Of a DNA stretch of 64,000 nt, positions 9,001 to 18,441 are shown in pieces; the first letter of the stretch is position 1, and every line of letters starts with the position of its first letter. The stretch lies in contig LSRY02000016.1 in assembly GCA_001643675.2 (NCBI GenBank), positions 1,671,696 to 1,735,695 of the forward strand. Direction: 5' to 3'. The DNA is from Monocercomonoides exilis PA203 (lineage: Eukaryota; Protista; Preaxostyla). Made by a program: the position numbers and the translations under genes. The notes below the pieces were generated by a model. It was not told the DNA's origin and did no database searches. It saw only the letters and a program-made list of their open reading frames with translations.

Positions 9001-11583
9001 ATTCATATTTGGATCATTCACATTGGAAGAAGAGAAGAGAGAAGAAGAAGAGGAAGAAGAAGAGAAAGAAGAAGAGGAAGAAGAAGAAGAAGGAAGAGAA
9101 GGATCTTGAAATGGCAATAGAGGAGATATAGATTGCTTAGCACGAAGAGAATAAGGCGAAGAAAAAGATGATGAAATGGAAGATGAATTGTTGAAAGAAG
9201 AAGAAGAAGAAGAAACAGAAGAAACAGAAGAAGAATGAGAAGAATAAGATTTTGCTGATGAAATTTTTTCTGTCTGTTTTGTGTTGATGTTATTTCTTTT
9301 TCTTTCATTGTCTTCATCTCCTTCTCCTTCTTCTCCTTCTCCTTCTTTTTCCTCTTTTTCTTTATCATCATCATTTTCATTCAATTTCATATTATTTCCT
9401 TCTTTTCCCTCTTTCCTCTCCCATTCTTGTTTCAACCCAACTTCTTTCTTCATTCTCTCCACCCATTCCGCCTCTTCTTCTCTTTTCCTCCTTTCCATCG
9501 CCCACTCTCCATGTTCTACGCTTCCTAAATAGGAATCTTCACAATTAGATTGAAGAAACAAGGCAAAAAGCTTTGGGAGAAGAGAATGTTTGGAAGAGGT
9601 GAGATGAGCCCATAAGACACGTTGGATGAAGAGGAGGTTGGTTTGGAGCTGGTGGAGATCGGAAGAGGAGAGAGAAAGAGAGGAAAGAGAAGGAGAAGGA
9701 GAAGAATAAGGAGATTGAGAAGAAGTGGTGTTTGCGTATGTACATGAGTTGAGAAGAGAGGAAAGAGAAGAAGGAGAGGAAGAAGAAGAAGAAGATGATG
9801 ATGATGAAATATGAAATGAAGAAGAAGAAGAAGAAATATTTTGAAGTTTTCTTTTAGAAGAAGAAGAAGGAGAAGAAGCAGAAAGATTATCATTTTTAGT
9901 ATTTCCTTCAGAAACAGATGAAATGGAAGAGGAAGAGGAAGAAGAATTTGACAGAGGAAGAGGAATATCAGAAGGAAGAGGAGTGAATAGAGGAACAGAT
10001 AAAGGCAATGGAACAGAAGAAGAAGAAGAAGAAGATGATGATGATGAAATTCTTTGTATTTTTGGGTGAATGGGACGAGGTTGTTCAGTTAGTTTCTGTG
10101 CAACACCAAATCTTTGAGCATAATGAAAAGAAGAAGAAGGTGATGATGATGAAATGGAAGGGGAAGAGGAAGAGGAAGAAAATGAAGAAGAATTTGATAA
10201 TTTGACAGGAGGAAGTTGGGTGTTGTGCTGAAGTGAAGAAGAAGAAGAAGAAGAAGAAGAAGAAGAAGAAGGCGATGATGTTGTTGATGAAAAAGAAGCT
10301 TTCTTGTTTGAAGAAGTCAAAGAATCATTTGAATCCCCTTTATTTTTTCCGGCATTTATTTCAATTTTTTCCGGCAGTTTCTTCTTCTTTTTCTTCTCTT
10401 CCAGCAAATTCTGCTCCGCTCTGCTCAATTCATTCTCCATCCACACAAAAAGGCCCCAGAACAGCGAATTCATCACACACAGCGCAGAAAAGCTGATCAA
10501 AAGGTCTTTATTTGACAGGCCTGAAGAGATGATGTCAAATACAAAACCTGTCTGCTCTGGATTCATCAGCAAGCAGACGCAGATTTTGCTTGAGTGTTTC
10601 AGAAGCAGCAGGAAAAACACAAACAGCGGGCACAGATGAAGCTCGTGGCCTGAAGGTAAGAAGGGGCAGTTGAGCATCAGCATGAATGTGTTGAAGGGCA
10701 GCTGGAAAGGTTGCTTTGGTGCAATAACACTTGGGAATGGAGCACCATTTAGTGGATGTGATGTGTCGATGAACTGTAGTGCCTTTTCGTTGTCTTCGGC
10801 AATGAAGGTACCGGACACTGCATTTGTTTGGGACATGCCAGAATTCACGCTGCGGTCGTTTTGCATTGGATAGCATTTTCGCTTCATCTCTGGCCATTCC
10901 AAAATCCGTTGAAACAATCCATTTTGATCGCCAATAAGATCGCAACCTGTTGAACCTGTAAAGCCAAAACTCAATGAGAACAAAGAAATAATAAGATCAA
11001 TTGTTAATTTCCAGGATCCTATATTTACAGAGAGTTCAGGAGAATTAATCCATTTTTCCATGACATAAGTCACTCCATCAGTTACAAAGGAAGGAATTAT
11101 TCCAACGTTTGTTTTCAATATTGAAAAATGAGTTTTGGGGGAAAGTCTTACAATTGACTGAAACATTGTTGACGATATTTGATTATGTAAATGTCGAAGA
11201 TGCAAAACTCCAAAATTAGAAGTTATTAAATAGTTTTTCAGAAATTGCAATTGAGAATGAGAATTCAAGCGATATACAAATGACCCTGCATGCGATGAAC
11301 GATGAATACTTTCGGGTGGAGGAAGAATTTTTTCACTGTTTTTTGCATAAGAAGAAGAAAATATATTTGAGTGAAAAATCTCTGAGACATCTAAAACTGG
11401 ACTAAAGTTGGCGTTTTGTTCGCTTGACATATTTTGCGTAAATTTTTCATTCGATTTTTCTTCTGTTTTGCATTCGTCTTGTTGATGTTCTTCAGAACAG
11501 ACAGATTGTGTATAATTTTGTTTTTCTGATTTATTTATTGTAAGTTCAGATTCTAAATCAGCAGCATCCAACGAAGGCTGCAT
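1..11583 (-). CDS. Giant low-complexity hypothetical protein (>=3,861 aa), 3'-partial at the window edge
   Basis: ATG at 11583 (MQPSLDAADLESELTINKSEKQNYTQ...) with an in-frame TGA just upstream. Manual translation near 10.3-11.6 kb, near 6.0 kb and at 1-90 (...KTTRAMQLAKRNRELYGDGYYSERA) is in one frame. The ORF track lists no terminated minus-strand ORF in this frame over 1-11583, consistent with one unterminated ORF. Poly-Ser and poly-Glu/Lys tracts alternate with hydrophobic helical segments. Not every codon was checked by hand. Confidence 0.8.
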   Translation of the reverse strand, partial: MQPSLDAADLESELTINKSEKQNYTQSVCSEEHQQDECKTEEKSNEKFTQNMSSEQNANFSPVLDVSEIFHSNIFSSSYAKNSEKILPPPESIHRSSHAGSFVYRLNSHSQLQFLKNYLITSNFGVLHLRHLHNQISSTMFQSIVRLSPKTHFSILKTNVGIIPSFVTDGVTYVMEKWINSPELSVNIGSWKLTIDLIISLFSLSFGFTGSTGCDLIGDQNGLFQRILEWPEMKRKCYPMQNDRSVNSGMSQTNAVSGTFIAEDNEKALQFIDTSHPLNGAPFPSVIAPKQPFQLPFNTFMLMLNCPFLPSGHELHLCPLFVFFLLLLKHSSKICVCLLMNPEQTGFVFDIISSGLSNKDLLISFSALCVMNSLFWGLFVWMENELSRAEQNLLEEKKKKKKLPEKIEINAGKNKGDSNDSLTSSNKKASFSSTTSSPSSSSSSSSSSSSLQHNTQLPPVKLSNSSSFSSSSSSPSISSSSPSSSFHYAQRFGVAQKLTEQPRPIHPKIQRISSSSSSSSSSSVPLPLSVPLFTPLPSDIPLPLSNSSSSSSSISSVSEGNTKNDNLSASSPSSSSKRKLQNISSSSSSFHISSSSSSSSSSSPSSLSSLLNSCTYANTTSSQSPYSSPSPSLSSLSLSSSDLHQLQTNLLFIQRVLWAHLTSSKHSLLPKLFALFLQSNCEDSYLGSVEHGEWAMERRKREEEAEWVERMKKEVGLKQEWERKEGKEGNNMKLNENDDDKEKEEKEGEGEEGEGDEDNERKRNNINTKQTEKISSAKSYSSHSSSVSSVSSSSSSFNNSSSISSSFSSPYSLRAKQSISPLLPFQDPSLPSSSSSSSSFSSSSSSSSLFSSSNVNDPNMNSHLPSLQFLMKNKRETMNEFFKEEEEKQIFIHPSSSSSSSSSSSSSSSSKSLHSLRHIPPPSSSFSSSSFFLADNTSSLSLLSSSFSSHILFPSFSFSSRHSLSNNHFHLSNSVSSSSSLPSSSFPSSSSTTTPHLLDSSLSSLSSLSSLSSRSSSSPPLFLLPSLLPSLPHSLLKLLSSLFLSLSIFHPSLFRSLLIQYLPLAFDSNKPLFFSVVELLMKEMNKMANGEMIERWREEEKGEEERLKRINEMLMEMAKEEEKKMKKEREREEREGNDKENKEGKEEKEEKGMNSVIIASQILECAGFDSKDEQEFRQMRRNEEKEDFSKRYNNNNNNNKSDFRPPANISIPASTAAFPMFGSVGNGNGNGKGNIQQSSSSSSNASLITLPSSSSSSLISHSTSSSSSSSSSSSSSPSIPIPLLSKSSSRVLTEPPSKQIQERFLVLSSLSSFLSSHLNFLSIFSSFLSFSQKAMAKTAGIVVDAALNIGEKMINEEKERMRKEQMEREEEEEEEKEKEEEEEGNDENEEDDDYDDYNSNESSEGSDEDDNDSEEEENGEEKKEKEEKEEKEKKKESETKQSNSEKSHSQKKKKTFFDSPSKVQLLLSIISFATRTFQLSPAVLKEDENTTITWDYPLGEYYKCSYSLSCSSSLSSSSSSSSSSSLSSHSSLVRLPRRFARLLNLVSFSVSFLMIEMWSFPLLRFAEFVASFCMAICVNGEREEREEKGEEERREEEEEEKKKENLAISSSSSSSSSSSSNTSKTLQFLLSVLLSPFSAIPPARSSSLFSATIPLFLLSPVYPSSLYPPLSAQQLAVQITSMLFLFDGMKEKNGKEMERRKKTMMKKGRNDESDTNSDVELSSSSSPSSSSSSSSSSIFPLSPIVSLLNCRLRHRLCSEVDIELMLCVLQLPNLALHEAIEMMRVMVALVMNGKREIERWSNEEMALFEDEDEEEEEEKERKEKGKEEEKDDDEGEGEKEREEEEGNDNVYDEDDDEDDVCIGGVNTEMELKEAIRPANISRLLSKKNPFLSQQQETSLILSFHNRNAKKTQKESNNKILNFKQKSSIISSSVLDSLPLSLWNQSYFPEHAASSFSFPSSLYKSLRPLPKDLPDVIVFRKLCEIVRKMLVRFQTDATLWKEEEGEGEEGNKTSSSSSSSSSLLLFNRQTVVQHFVVCLVRYALSLLLNSKRFVRSLLRHNKKTQMAEKMEEEMEKEAERGRRKEKERKGKERGGEGEGEECGRKEGEREREEEVGNWIGTKGEGKRKEEGRDFEKGNEFDDEEEYEDELDEEYENEEEEEEYDSDDEDDEDDEDESILIENEEEEDNNKNKSNENNNVKHLLPGSISKESENETIKKEKGKQNEAKRIKSSIRTRKEKTNKNSKEEEGKEDEESEYEYEEGEKEEEEEEKEIKKEEDDEEDDGEEENWSDCEINSEDDEDTKEEKRELKALRILELNIKKMSKKNKKAEMELEAKEELLKRLRERKMEREREEEEEEQEEEGKKKGKEGRREEGEEEEEEYEWEEEEEEEKDDGDKNEKKLNDDQLTEQVESHIQEQENEEEENFVEKRAERERMPSNDIQESAAEIPMPLQKEEEEAKEKEERKRTFPTEKVEEDKTKNKNKNQLKRKIQAKTNNSIPLKEGKTKPDSKIRTTKHQKRISKAENVIGPHHSDMWIPTASQKILVDLIMSLACVRASERVGGEEEREKGKEEKKKEEKRREKEDEKANNVDPTSNVSISSSSSSSSSSSLSFSFLLKGSKSYSDRPSTALIRKYTETVAPSKQDSLSENTHLNDISNKTTDSSDSSSNSCDVNASPSSSSVSSSSSSSSTISSSSLPLLPSLQGNPSYISLFTTGALLSVLYELEEEAQIHEREKMAILREKEEEEEEKRRKEKKREEEKERRRMEYEREWEEKDCRSVEEKEEQEKEEDFEEEEMERLDYDANTTVHYEQNMNDRIKTGEGKEREEEEEDKVKVKPNINTEITSSSSLSQSIQRKTDPFEGVKSSFSFVTAAIAALPFVHRAFVVEKRKREERNGEGGEGEGEEEKENRLEEKEEKEDGNVLIGDNMKEGDFYNNNNNTFIDEGKDINKQNSNNERPEDVIHSDGRYSNRTDNGNNIGLSMQSHPSQFNKNKSSSSPPPPSPLPLPPSPFVISYTTKPYPQPKGYHKMITSSSLPLPPLPLSLSHSSNNSTSSTSTFSDSSSSSSSSSSSSICPAPVFSDFANRISFADEANKNTSSSSSSSSSSSSSSSSFLVPSYTKNEAAFNSTDSSTNNLTDNLTGNLTSCQTSPALEYLNPSQNVGFLLITFLMGRISLFFRLSQKQIRIDKMKRRKRMMRERKKEEAKQKKIKEEQKGSSSTSSSSSSLSLPSLAFPSLSSSSSSCTFDSDLNQSDSSSLLSPFLFNKDLLIFHNDVFSPSFFASQRSCLFAMKRMMAPKIDVEEEDKEIGRKAMKYKEDGAIVCEVECEEGEKGEEGEEEGEEEYDKEKEKEEKEEGKRTSLFFPSHHVYFNPQSSTSTTSSPSSSSSYSPFVVLPSSSLLSSLVPISSTYNLLRTADTSSFAFKPKSINNNNNNSNTAPAPFVHSPSSPSSPSSSSLSSQTTERTRINFLVPSKTSSWPSSPSLYSPATASSSPLIASSFPSSCCTPTSSSVQTPSRLPPLSQQPVSSVNGNVSTNVDVNTNSNANAISSSSSSSSASVSDSNSVENPAILNLNDISLILSSPSASSSSSSSNNNKPPPISTSFSSSSFSHSQQQQQLRLDATETPSSAKEASFSPSAALSNRMTTPQIQSLAMSIRNVQKDNTQMRKKELREKERMRQWIMLDRHAKRVDREMQRRRKKEEERKKQVEEREKRIEKMKEKRKEKEKMQKEQEELKRKEEAEKRREREEALLLVAVTERKLQLLERNRKKLAMQMQATQRQGNKETEEKHTERKEQRQTETNRTSVDSGREVNKAKERKKAAEEMGMSEEGRKEKANKTTRAMQLAKRNRELYGDGYYSERA

Positions 11584-12187
11584 ATTGTATGTATAGCTCA
11601 ACGGAAAAGTTTGAAAAAAGCTTTGAAGCTCTCAAATCCTCAGAATTCAATATTTACTATTTTGTACCCATATTTATATATTCATAATCAAAAACGTATA
11701 TCAATGAGATTATCTTAAATATTTAAAATGATGAACAGATTTTGAAAGGTTATAATTATTGATTTGTGAGTGATTCATGTGTTCATTTTGATATCAGACA
11801 TTTTTTCATTTTATTACAAATAAAACTTTTTCGAACTGAAGAAATGCTGTACAATCGATAATACAATTTTATCATTCTTTTTAACTTCAAATTTACTGCA
11901 CAAAAAAAAAAAAAAAAAGCTCATAAAAAAAAAAGAAAATTAAAATTAAAATTTCTTTAAGTGTATTGTAAGATATCTATTTTTGAATTGTAAAACAAAA
12001 AAAGACTTACAAAAAAAACAAAAGTATTAAAATAACTCATTCTATATTCATCTTGAAAGAAAATAATGTCTCTACAGTACTGCCACATTGAAATTCGCAG
12101 CAAGATTCCCAAAAAAAAAAATATTGAAATATGAGCAAAGAAGATAATAATTTTGGCTGAAATATTGCTTAGCATTCAGATTATGCT

Positions 12188-13388
12188 TCAATCCTTTTCC
12201 TTTGTGAATTTTGGCATTTCTTTTCTCATCTTTCTTCTCAGAATGTAATCCACAGCAGACGACACTAATGGGATCGGATAAATAAGAGACCCCAGAAAAG
12301 ACGAATTCGTCAGATGGAACACTTTTCTCTTCTGCTCAGCTGCCTGTACAATCAGCTCAGCGCATCGCTATTACACACAAGTTGCAATTTTAAGGAAAAG
12401 AAAAAATATTCAATTGTTTTTATTTTAAAGTTACAAAACGGTTAAAGGAAAATACATAACAAAAATTACAGTTAAGATTATAGAAATTGTTTTCGAAAAA
12501 AATTTATAAAATAATTTCAATTTGAAAATAAAGAAGACAAACTTCTGGAGACATCATTCTTCTTTCTGGATCGATAGCTGCTTTGGCTCTTCCTCCTTTA
12601 ACTGCTGCAGAACGAATGTTGGTTGCAACAAAGCCAGGGCACGCAATTGTCACAGTGATATTTTTCTCTTTCCATTCATTTCGTAAAGAATTAAAAAATC
12701 CGTGTAGTGCATGTTTGGACGCAACGTATCCCGTTCTTCTTGGGGTGCCCAATACGCCACTTCCGGTTGAAACACAAACAACTTGCCCATGAGACTTTTC
12801 TAGTTGTTCTGAAAAGACTTTTGTCATATGCACGGTTCCAAAATAATTAACTTTCATCAATTCACCATATACGTTATCGATATCTTCAAGAGAGTTAATT
12901 TCATCAAATGTGAGGTCCATTGATATTCCTGCATTGAGTACAAGAATATCGGTCCCTCCAAATTCATTTTCCACAACTTTTGCAAGTCTAATGCAATCTT
13001 CTTTATTTGTAATATCTCCAACGCATATTCGAGGCTTTTCTCGTTTGCCTTCAAAATTTGCTGAGCACTGTAAACATTCGCGGGCAACATTTTCCAACTC
13101 ATTCTTTTTTCTGGAAAATAGCATCAAGCTTGCTCCTTTCTTTGCATAGATTTTTGCAATCTCCTTTCCAATTCCAGTGGATGCTCCAACAATTACAACT
13201 CTTGAACCTTTTCAAAAAAAAAAATGTGAACAAAAAAAACCAATTTAAAAAATTGTTCGAAAAAGTCGTTTCATACCAACTTTCCAATGTTTTCTGCAAA
13301 TCATGTCATAAAAGAAATAAACGATATAATAACCAAAAATGCACAATGCAGCTGCGAATAATACAGAAAACATCTTTGAATCAAACAT
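12188..13388 (-). CDS. Short-chain dehydrogenase/reductase (DHRS7/11beta-HSD-like), 3 exons, N-terminal membrane anchor
   Basis: Spliced translation MFDSKMFSVLFAAALCIFGYY...RVVIVGASTGIGKEIA (GxxxGxG), LVLNAG, catalytic YVASK (YxxxK), CPGFVAT. GT-AG introns at ~13209-13277 and ~12368-12542. TGA at 12188-12190. Confidence 0.93.
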
Positions 13389-13446
13389 AAATGTGAAATT
13401 CAAAACATTTTTAGGGTTTGCCCATTATATAAAACTTAACCGTTAA
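13389..13446. promoter_or_regulatory. Putative bidirectional promoter (58 bp between divergent start codons)
   Basis: The SDR ATG (13388, minus) and kinesin ATG (13447, plus) are only 58 bp apart. The gap contains TATATAAAA. Confidence 0.55.
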
Positions 13447-16400
13447 ATGTCCGAAGCCGTTACTGTTGCAGTACGTGTTCGTCCTTTAAACTCAAAAGAG
13501 AAAAAAGAAAAATGCACAGAAATCCAGAAGATTTCTGGAAAAACTATAACAATCACTAATCCAGAAAAGTTTACTCATTTTATTTCAAATATGTAGATTT
13601 TATATTTTTTTCCTCAGAAAAGAAAGTAAAACGTTCACGTTCGATTATGTCTATGGAACAAAAACTACACAAGATGTTTGATAAATTTTATATTCACCGG
13701 ATTTTTTTATAATTGAGAGATGATGTTTTTTATGATTTTCAGCAAGTTTTCAATGATCTTGGGAAATTGTATTTGGAAAATTGTTGGAATGGATTTAACT
13801 GCACATTGTTTGCGTATGGACAAACAGGTGCAGGAAAATCTTATTCAATGACTGGCTCCAACGATTCACCCGATTCACGAGGTATTATTCCCCGTGGATG
13901 TGAAGAAATGTTTCGTAGAATTGAAGCAAATGATAACCCTGATGTGTCTTATGACGTTAGGGTTTGCTATTTTTATTTATGTATTTTGGATATCATTTTT
14001 AAAATGTGCATTAAAAAAATAGGTTTCTTATCTTGAGTTATACAATGAAAAATTGCAAGATCTTTTGGATCCAAAAAGCAACAAAGAGATTAAAATTAGA
14101 GAATCTCCGACAAAAGGAGTTTATGTTGAAAATGTTGTTGAAGAACCTGTAGCAAGTTATAAAGAAATTGAAGAAGTTATTGATGAAGGAGAAAAAGCTA
14201 GAACTGTTGCAGCAACAAATATGAATGCAACAAGTTCTCGTTCTCATTCTGTTCTGACAATTTATTTCACACGGCACGAGGTTAACTGCATTATAAAATT
14301 ATTTATTATTGTTATTATAAATTTTGTTCACACAATTTTTTTTTTTGTTTGTTTGTGTTGTAATGAATTGATGTACAGCTTGTGAATGAGAAGAAGACCC
14401 AACGTGATGCCCGAGTGAATCTTGTTGATCTTGCTGGTAGCGAGAGACAGTCCAAAACTGGAGCCACTGGACAGAGATTAGCTGAAGCCAACGCAATTAA
14501 CAAGAGTCTTTCAGGTTTGGTTATCTTTAAAAAGAGTTTATTTGTTTAAGATTTATTTTTTTTTCCGATCAAATAATATTCTTCAATGTTTATCTTTATG
14601 ATTTCATTGAAAAACATTGCTTTTAAACATTGATAAATATTTATTCAATACTTATTATGAAACACTAACTTATTCAACAAACTGAAAAAATCTTTAAACA
14701 TTTTCAGCACTTGGCAATGTCATCACTGCTTTGTCTGATCAAGCGAAAGGGAAGAAAGTGTTTGTTCCGTACAGAGACTCCACACTCACTCGAATGCTGC
14801 AGGATTCGCTTGGAGGAAACAGCAAGACCATTATGATTGCAGCCATGTCACCAGCATCATCCAACTACGACGAAGGTGTGGGGGAATGATGAAATGTGAA
14901 TATATTTGTGGTTTATTTTTTTAAACTTTTATTATTGTTGTTTTGATGGTTGTATTGGTTATTGATGTTTGTTATCGTAAACGAAAAAAATTATTTTTCA
15001 TTATGAATTCTTCAACTTTTTCCATCATCATTTATTTTTATTTTTATCTTTCTCTTTTTCCTGACTTTCTCTTTTTATTTATTTGTTTGTTTATTATTCT
15101 TCTCTTCAGGCGTCTCTACACTTCAATACGCCGATCGTGCCAAACAGATCAAGAACAAGCCAGTTGTCAATGAAAGTGAAAGCGACAAGCTCATCAAAGA
15201 GCTCAAAGCACAACTGGAAGAGCTGCAGAAGCAGTTGGCATCAGGTGGAGCAGGTGCAAGTGGAGGAGGTGTGAAAATAGAGAGAGAGAAAGAAAATGTT
15301 AATATTAAGAATTATTCATTAACTAATAAAGATGGAATCATTTTAACTTGTTCAAATTATTATTTTGCGCAATGTTTATTTCTTTTCAATTTCTTTCTTT
15401 TTTTAAACTTTATTTAATTTTTTGATTTCCTCTCATTTTTTAAAATTAATTATTATATATTTATTGAAATCTCCTTCCAAACAGCCTCCACTGCCCAGCA
15501 AGAAGCCGATCTTGATGCTGAGCGAGAGCGTCTTGAGGCCGAAAAGATAGCAACAGCCAAAAGAGAAGCAGAGCTGGCAGAGGAGAAAGCGAAGATGGAT
15601 GCCGAATTAGCAGCCCTTCGGAAGGAGAGTGCGAAAGCAGGGCAGCCAGAGACAGATGCAGAGAAAGCGCTGAAGAAGAAACTGGACCAACTGGAAAGCG
15701 AGCGGAAGGAGCTGGAGATGAAAGTGGAGCAGGAAAGCGAGGCTGAGCAGGCGCTGGAGGAGAAAGAGGCGCAACTGCAGGAGATGAAGGAAGAGGCAGA
15801 GGCAGCTGAGAACGAGCTGAAGATCGCGCAGATGCGTCTGAGCGAGATGACCGAGACAGCTGAGGAGAAGAGGAAGAAAGTGGAAGAGATCAGAAAGAAG
15901 AGGAAGTCCTATTTGGACGACATGGGCCTGTCACGAAAGGAGATTATGGAGCTGGCAGCGGGTGATAGCGGGGCACAAGGGCCTCAACTGAAGAATCTGT
16001 CGCTGTGTGCTGATTTGAGTGGGAATTTGGTGTACTTCCTGAAGGAAGGGGAAGTGGTGCTGGGGTCAGACCAGAAGCAGAGCCAGATCGTGTCGAAGGG
16101 AATGGGTATAGCACCCGCACATGCAGTGTTTGTGGTGAATGCGCAGGAGAAGAGGGTTGTTTTGAGGCCGTTGGGCGATGAAAGAGTGCTGGTGAATGGG
16201 AAGTGGGTCGGGGCAGCGCCGGAGGGAGGGGAGGAGATTCCGAATGAGGTTGAGCTGAATGTTGGGGACAGGCTGATTGTTGGGAGGAGTGTGATGTTCC
16301 GCTTTTTGTATGATGCGAAGGGGCAGATGCCAGCAGTGGATGCGTCTGAGCAAGCCGAGCTGCTGCAGGCAGAGCTGGCGGTGGCGAGTGGGAAGTGCGA

Positions 16401-17718
16401 TTCAGTGGATGAGTACAGGAGGAAGATGGAGAGCGGAGCTGAGCTGTTCCAGGCAGACAGCATCATCGACGAGGCTAATGCGATTGCAGCGCAACTGCAC
16501 AGGAAGATCAACTATGCGATGGACATTCAGATGGATGCGAACGAGAAGAACAGAATTGCAGTGATTGTGAACAACCACGAGGAGAATGCGTGGTCGCACA
16601 CACAGGAATGGGACATCTCAGTGCTTGAAGAGCGTCTGCCTTTGATGAGAGAGATATTGGCAGACTATGCGGAAGACGGTGTGATTGACAATCCGCCTGA
16701 AAACGACCCGTTTTACAATCCTCCTGATGATGAGCCGCTGGGCACAGCTGTTGTCAGCCTGCGCAACCTCATTCTGGCTGGTGCAATGCGTGTGACGCTG
16801 GGGGTGAGGGACGAGATGGGCAAAGGAGAGCACAAGGGAGAAGCGAAGTTCGCATTCACGTTGAAGATGAAGGCAGAGCCAGCGAAGAACACAGCAAGCA
16901 AAACAGCTGGAAAGACAGCTAACAAAGCAGGAAATAACACTGCTTCTTCATCTGCATCTGCTTCTGCTTCTTCCTCAGCCACTCCATCATCTTCGAGTGA
17001 GCCATCAAAAGAAGATGCAGCAGAAGTAGCAGAGGTGCCAGCAAAAGAAGTGACACTGCCGCTGAAGACAGCCCCTGCCAACACATATGCGTATTCTGAG
17101 GCAGCGCAGGGCAAACAGGATGCGAAAGGAAGCAAAGGAGTGAAGATGGTGAAGACGAAGCTGAAGAAGATCGTCGACACAGACAAGACGATCGGCAACA
17201 CGGTGGTGATGGCGATGGAGGTGAAGAGTGTGCAGATGGACGACGATGTGGAAGAAGTCGACGGGCTCTTTGTGCGTTTCTCGTTCCCGCCAGGCAACGA
17301 GCAGATTTCAGAGCGGAGCAACTGTGCTGGAAAAGTGCTGAAGACGTGGGGTGCCTCAGCCAGCGCATCGTCCAAGTCCTCCACAAAGCCGTGCGCCTTC
17401 CGTTTTGAGTTCCCTTCGTTCTCTGCGCAGGATGTGGCGTTCTTTATGGAGTCGCAGATTCTTGTGGAGGTGTGGGGCCATGCGCCGTTCACAGCTGCAG
17501 CGTCTGTGCTGGGCGAGCTGTCGCCGCTGGAGAAGGCTGTGGCGAGTGCGAAGAAGCAGCTGGCGTCTGTGTCGGCAGAAGAGGCGAAGACGAAAGGGGC
17601 GCTGAGTGCGAAGGAGATGGAGATCACGAAGATGAAGAAGGAGATGGAGGAGCTGAAGGAAAAGTACGAGAAACTGGAGAAGGAGAAGAACGAAAGCTCA
17701 AGTTGCCAGATTCTGTAG
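13447..17718 (+). CDS. Kinesin-3-like motor protein (motor, coiled coil, FHA domain, C-terminal CaaX), ~8 exons
   Basis: [13 protein letters not shown] start, P-loop GQTGAGKS, switch I NATSSRSH, switch [33 protein letters not shown]-like segment ([14 protein letters not shown]...GIAPAHAVF...VLVNG...[10 protein letters not shown]) typical of kinesin-3. Approximate exons 13447-13568, 13618-13675, 13743-13960, 14022-14280, 14379-14514, 14708-14875, 15110-15268, 15485-17718. Ends SSCQIL-TAG. Confidence 0.93.
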
Positions 17719-18441
17719 AAGGGTTGGGGATGGGCGAAAAGGAAGGAGGTTGATGAAGGGATTTCGTTTTTTAAAGGCGTTTTCTTTCATAATTTCTTTC
17801 ATTTTTTGACTTTTTTTTAAGTTTGATTTTGTATCTCTATTTATTCTTCTTTAGTCAGTCTCATAGCAATTGTTATCCCTCTATTTTTTTTGTGTAGATT
17901 TTTATTTTCTAAAAAGAAAACAAAATAATAATAGAGAAAAAAATAAAAATAAATGAAGAAATAAAGAAGGGGGCGAAGCTTGCATCTTTTTCATTCATTC
18001 GCATTTTTTGAATGTCAAATGTATGCACTTTTGCTACGAATGCTTCTTTCTGTTTGTGTCTTTTACTCTCATCCTTCTCCTTTGCAATGCTTCTTTTGAA
18101 GCGTTTTGCATTTATCTGATTTTTCATTTGAATAATTTCATCATTCCCATTTCTTGTCAAATCATCAAACTCAACAACCACTTTTTTTGACAAATTTCAT
18201 AGTTGAATTCTTTTTCTTCTATCACCTTCATTTTGGGGTTTTTACTCCAAGCATTTCTCGCTTTCATTCAATAATACATTTTTTATCAAACAGTTTTTAA
18301 CTCAAATTGATTTAAACAAAAAATTTTTTAAAAATAGAAAGTTAAAAAAACATTTCATTTTTTGATTTTTTTCTTTGAATTTAAAAATGATAATCTGACA
18401 GATCATTCCCATTTTTACTGTCAAAAGATTAAGTCGAAATA

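Noticed and set aside
47-10945. Dozens of short S/F/L/E-rich ORFs on both strands
   Set aside because: Shadow frames of the giant minus-strand ORF, produced by TCT/GAA triplet repeats.
17909-18193. 94-aa minus-strand ORF between kinesin and p24
   Set aside because: Non-ATG start and no recognisable motif. It could be a small spliced gene but cannot be supported.
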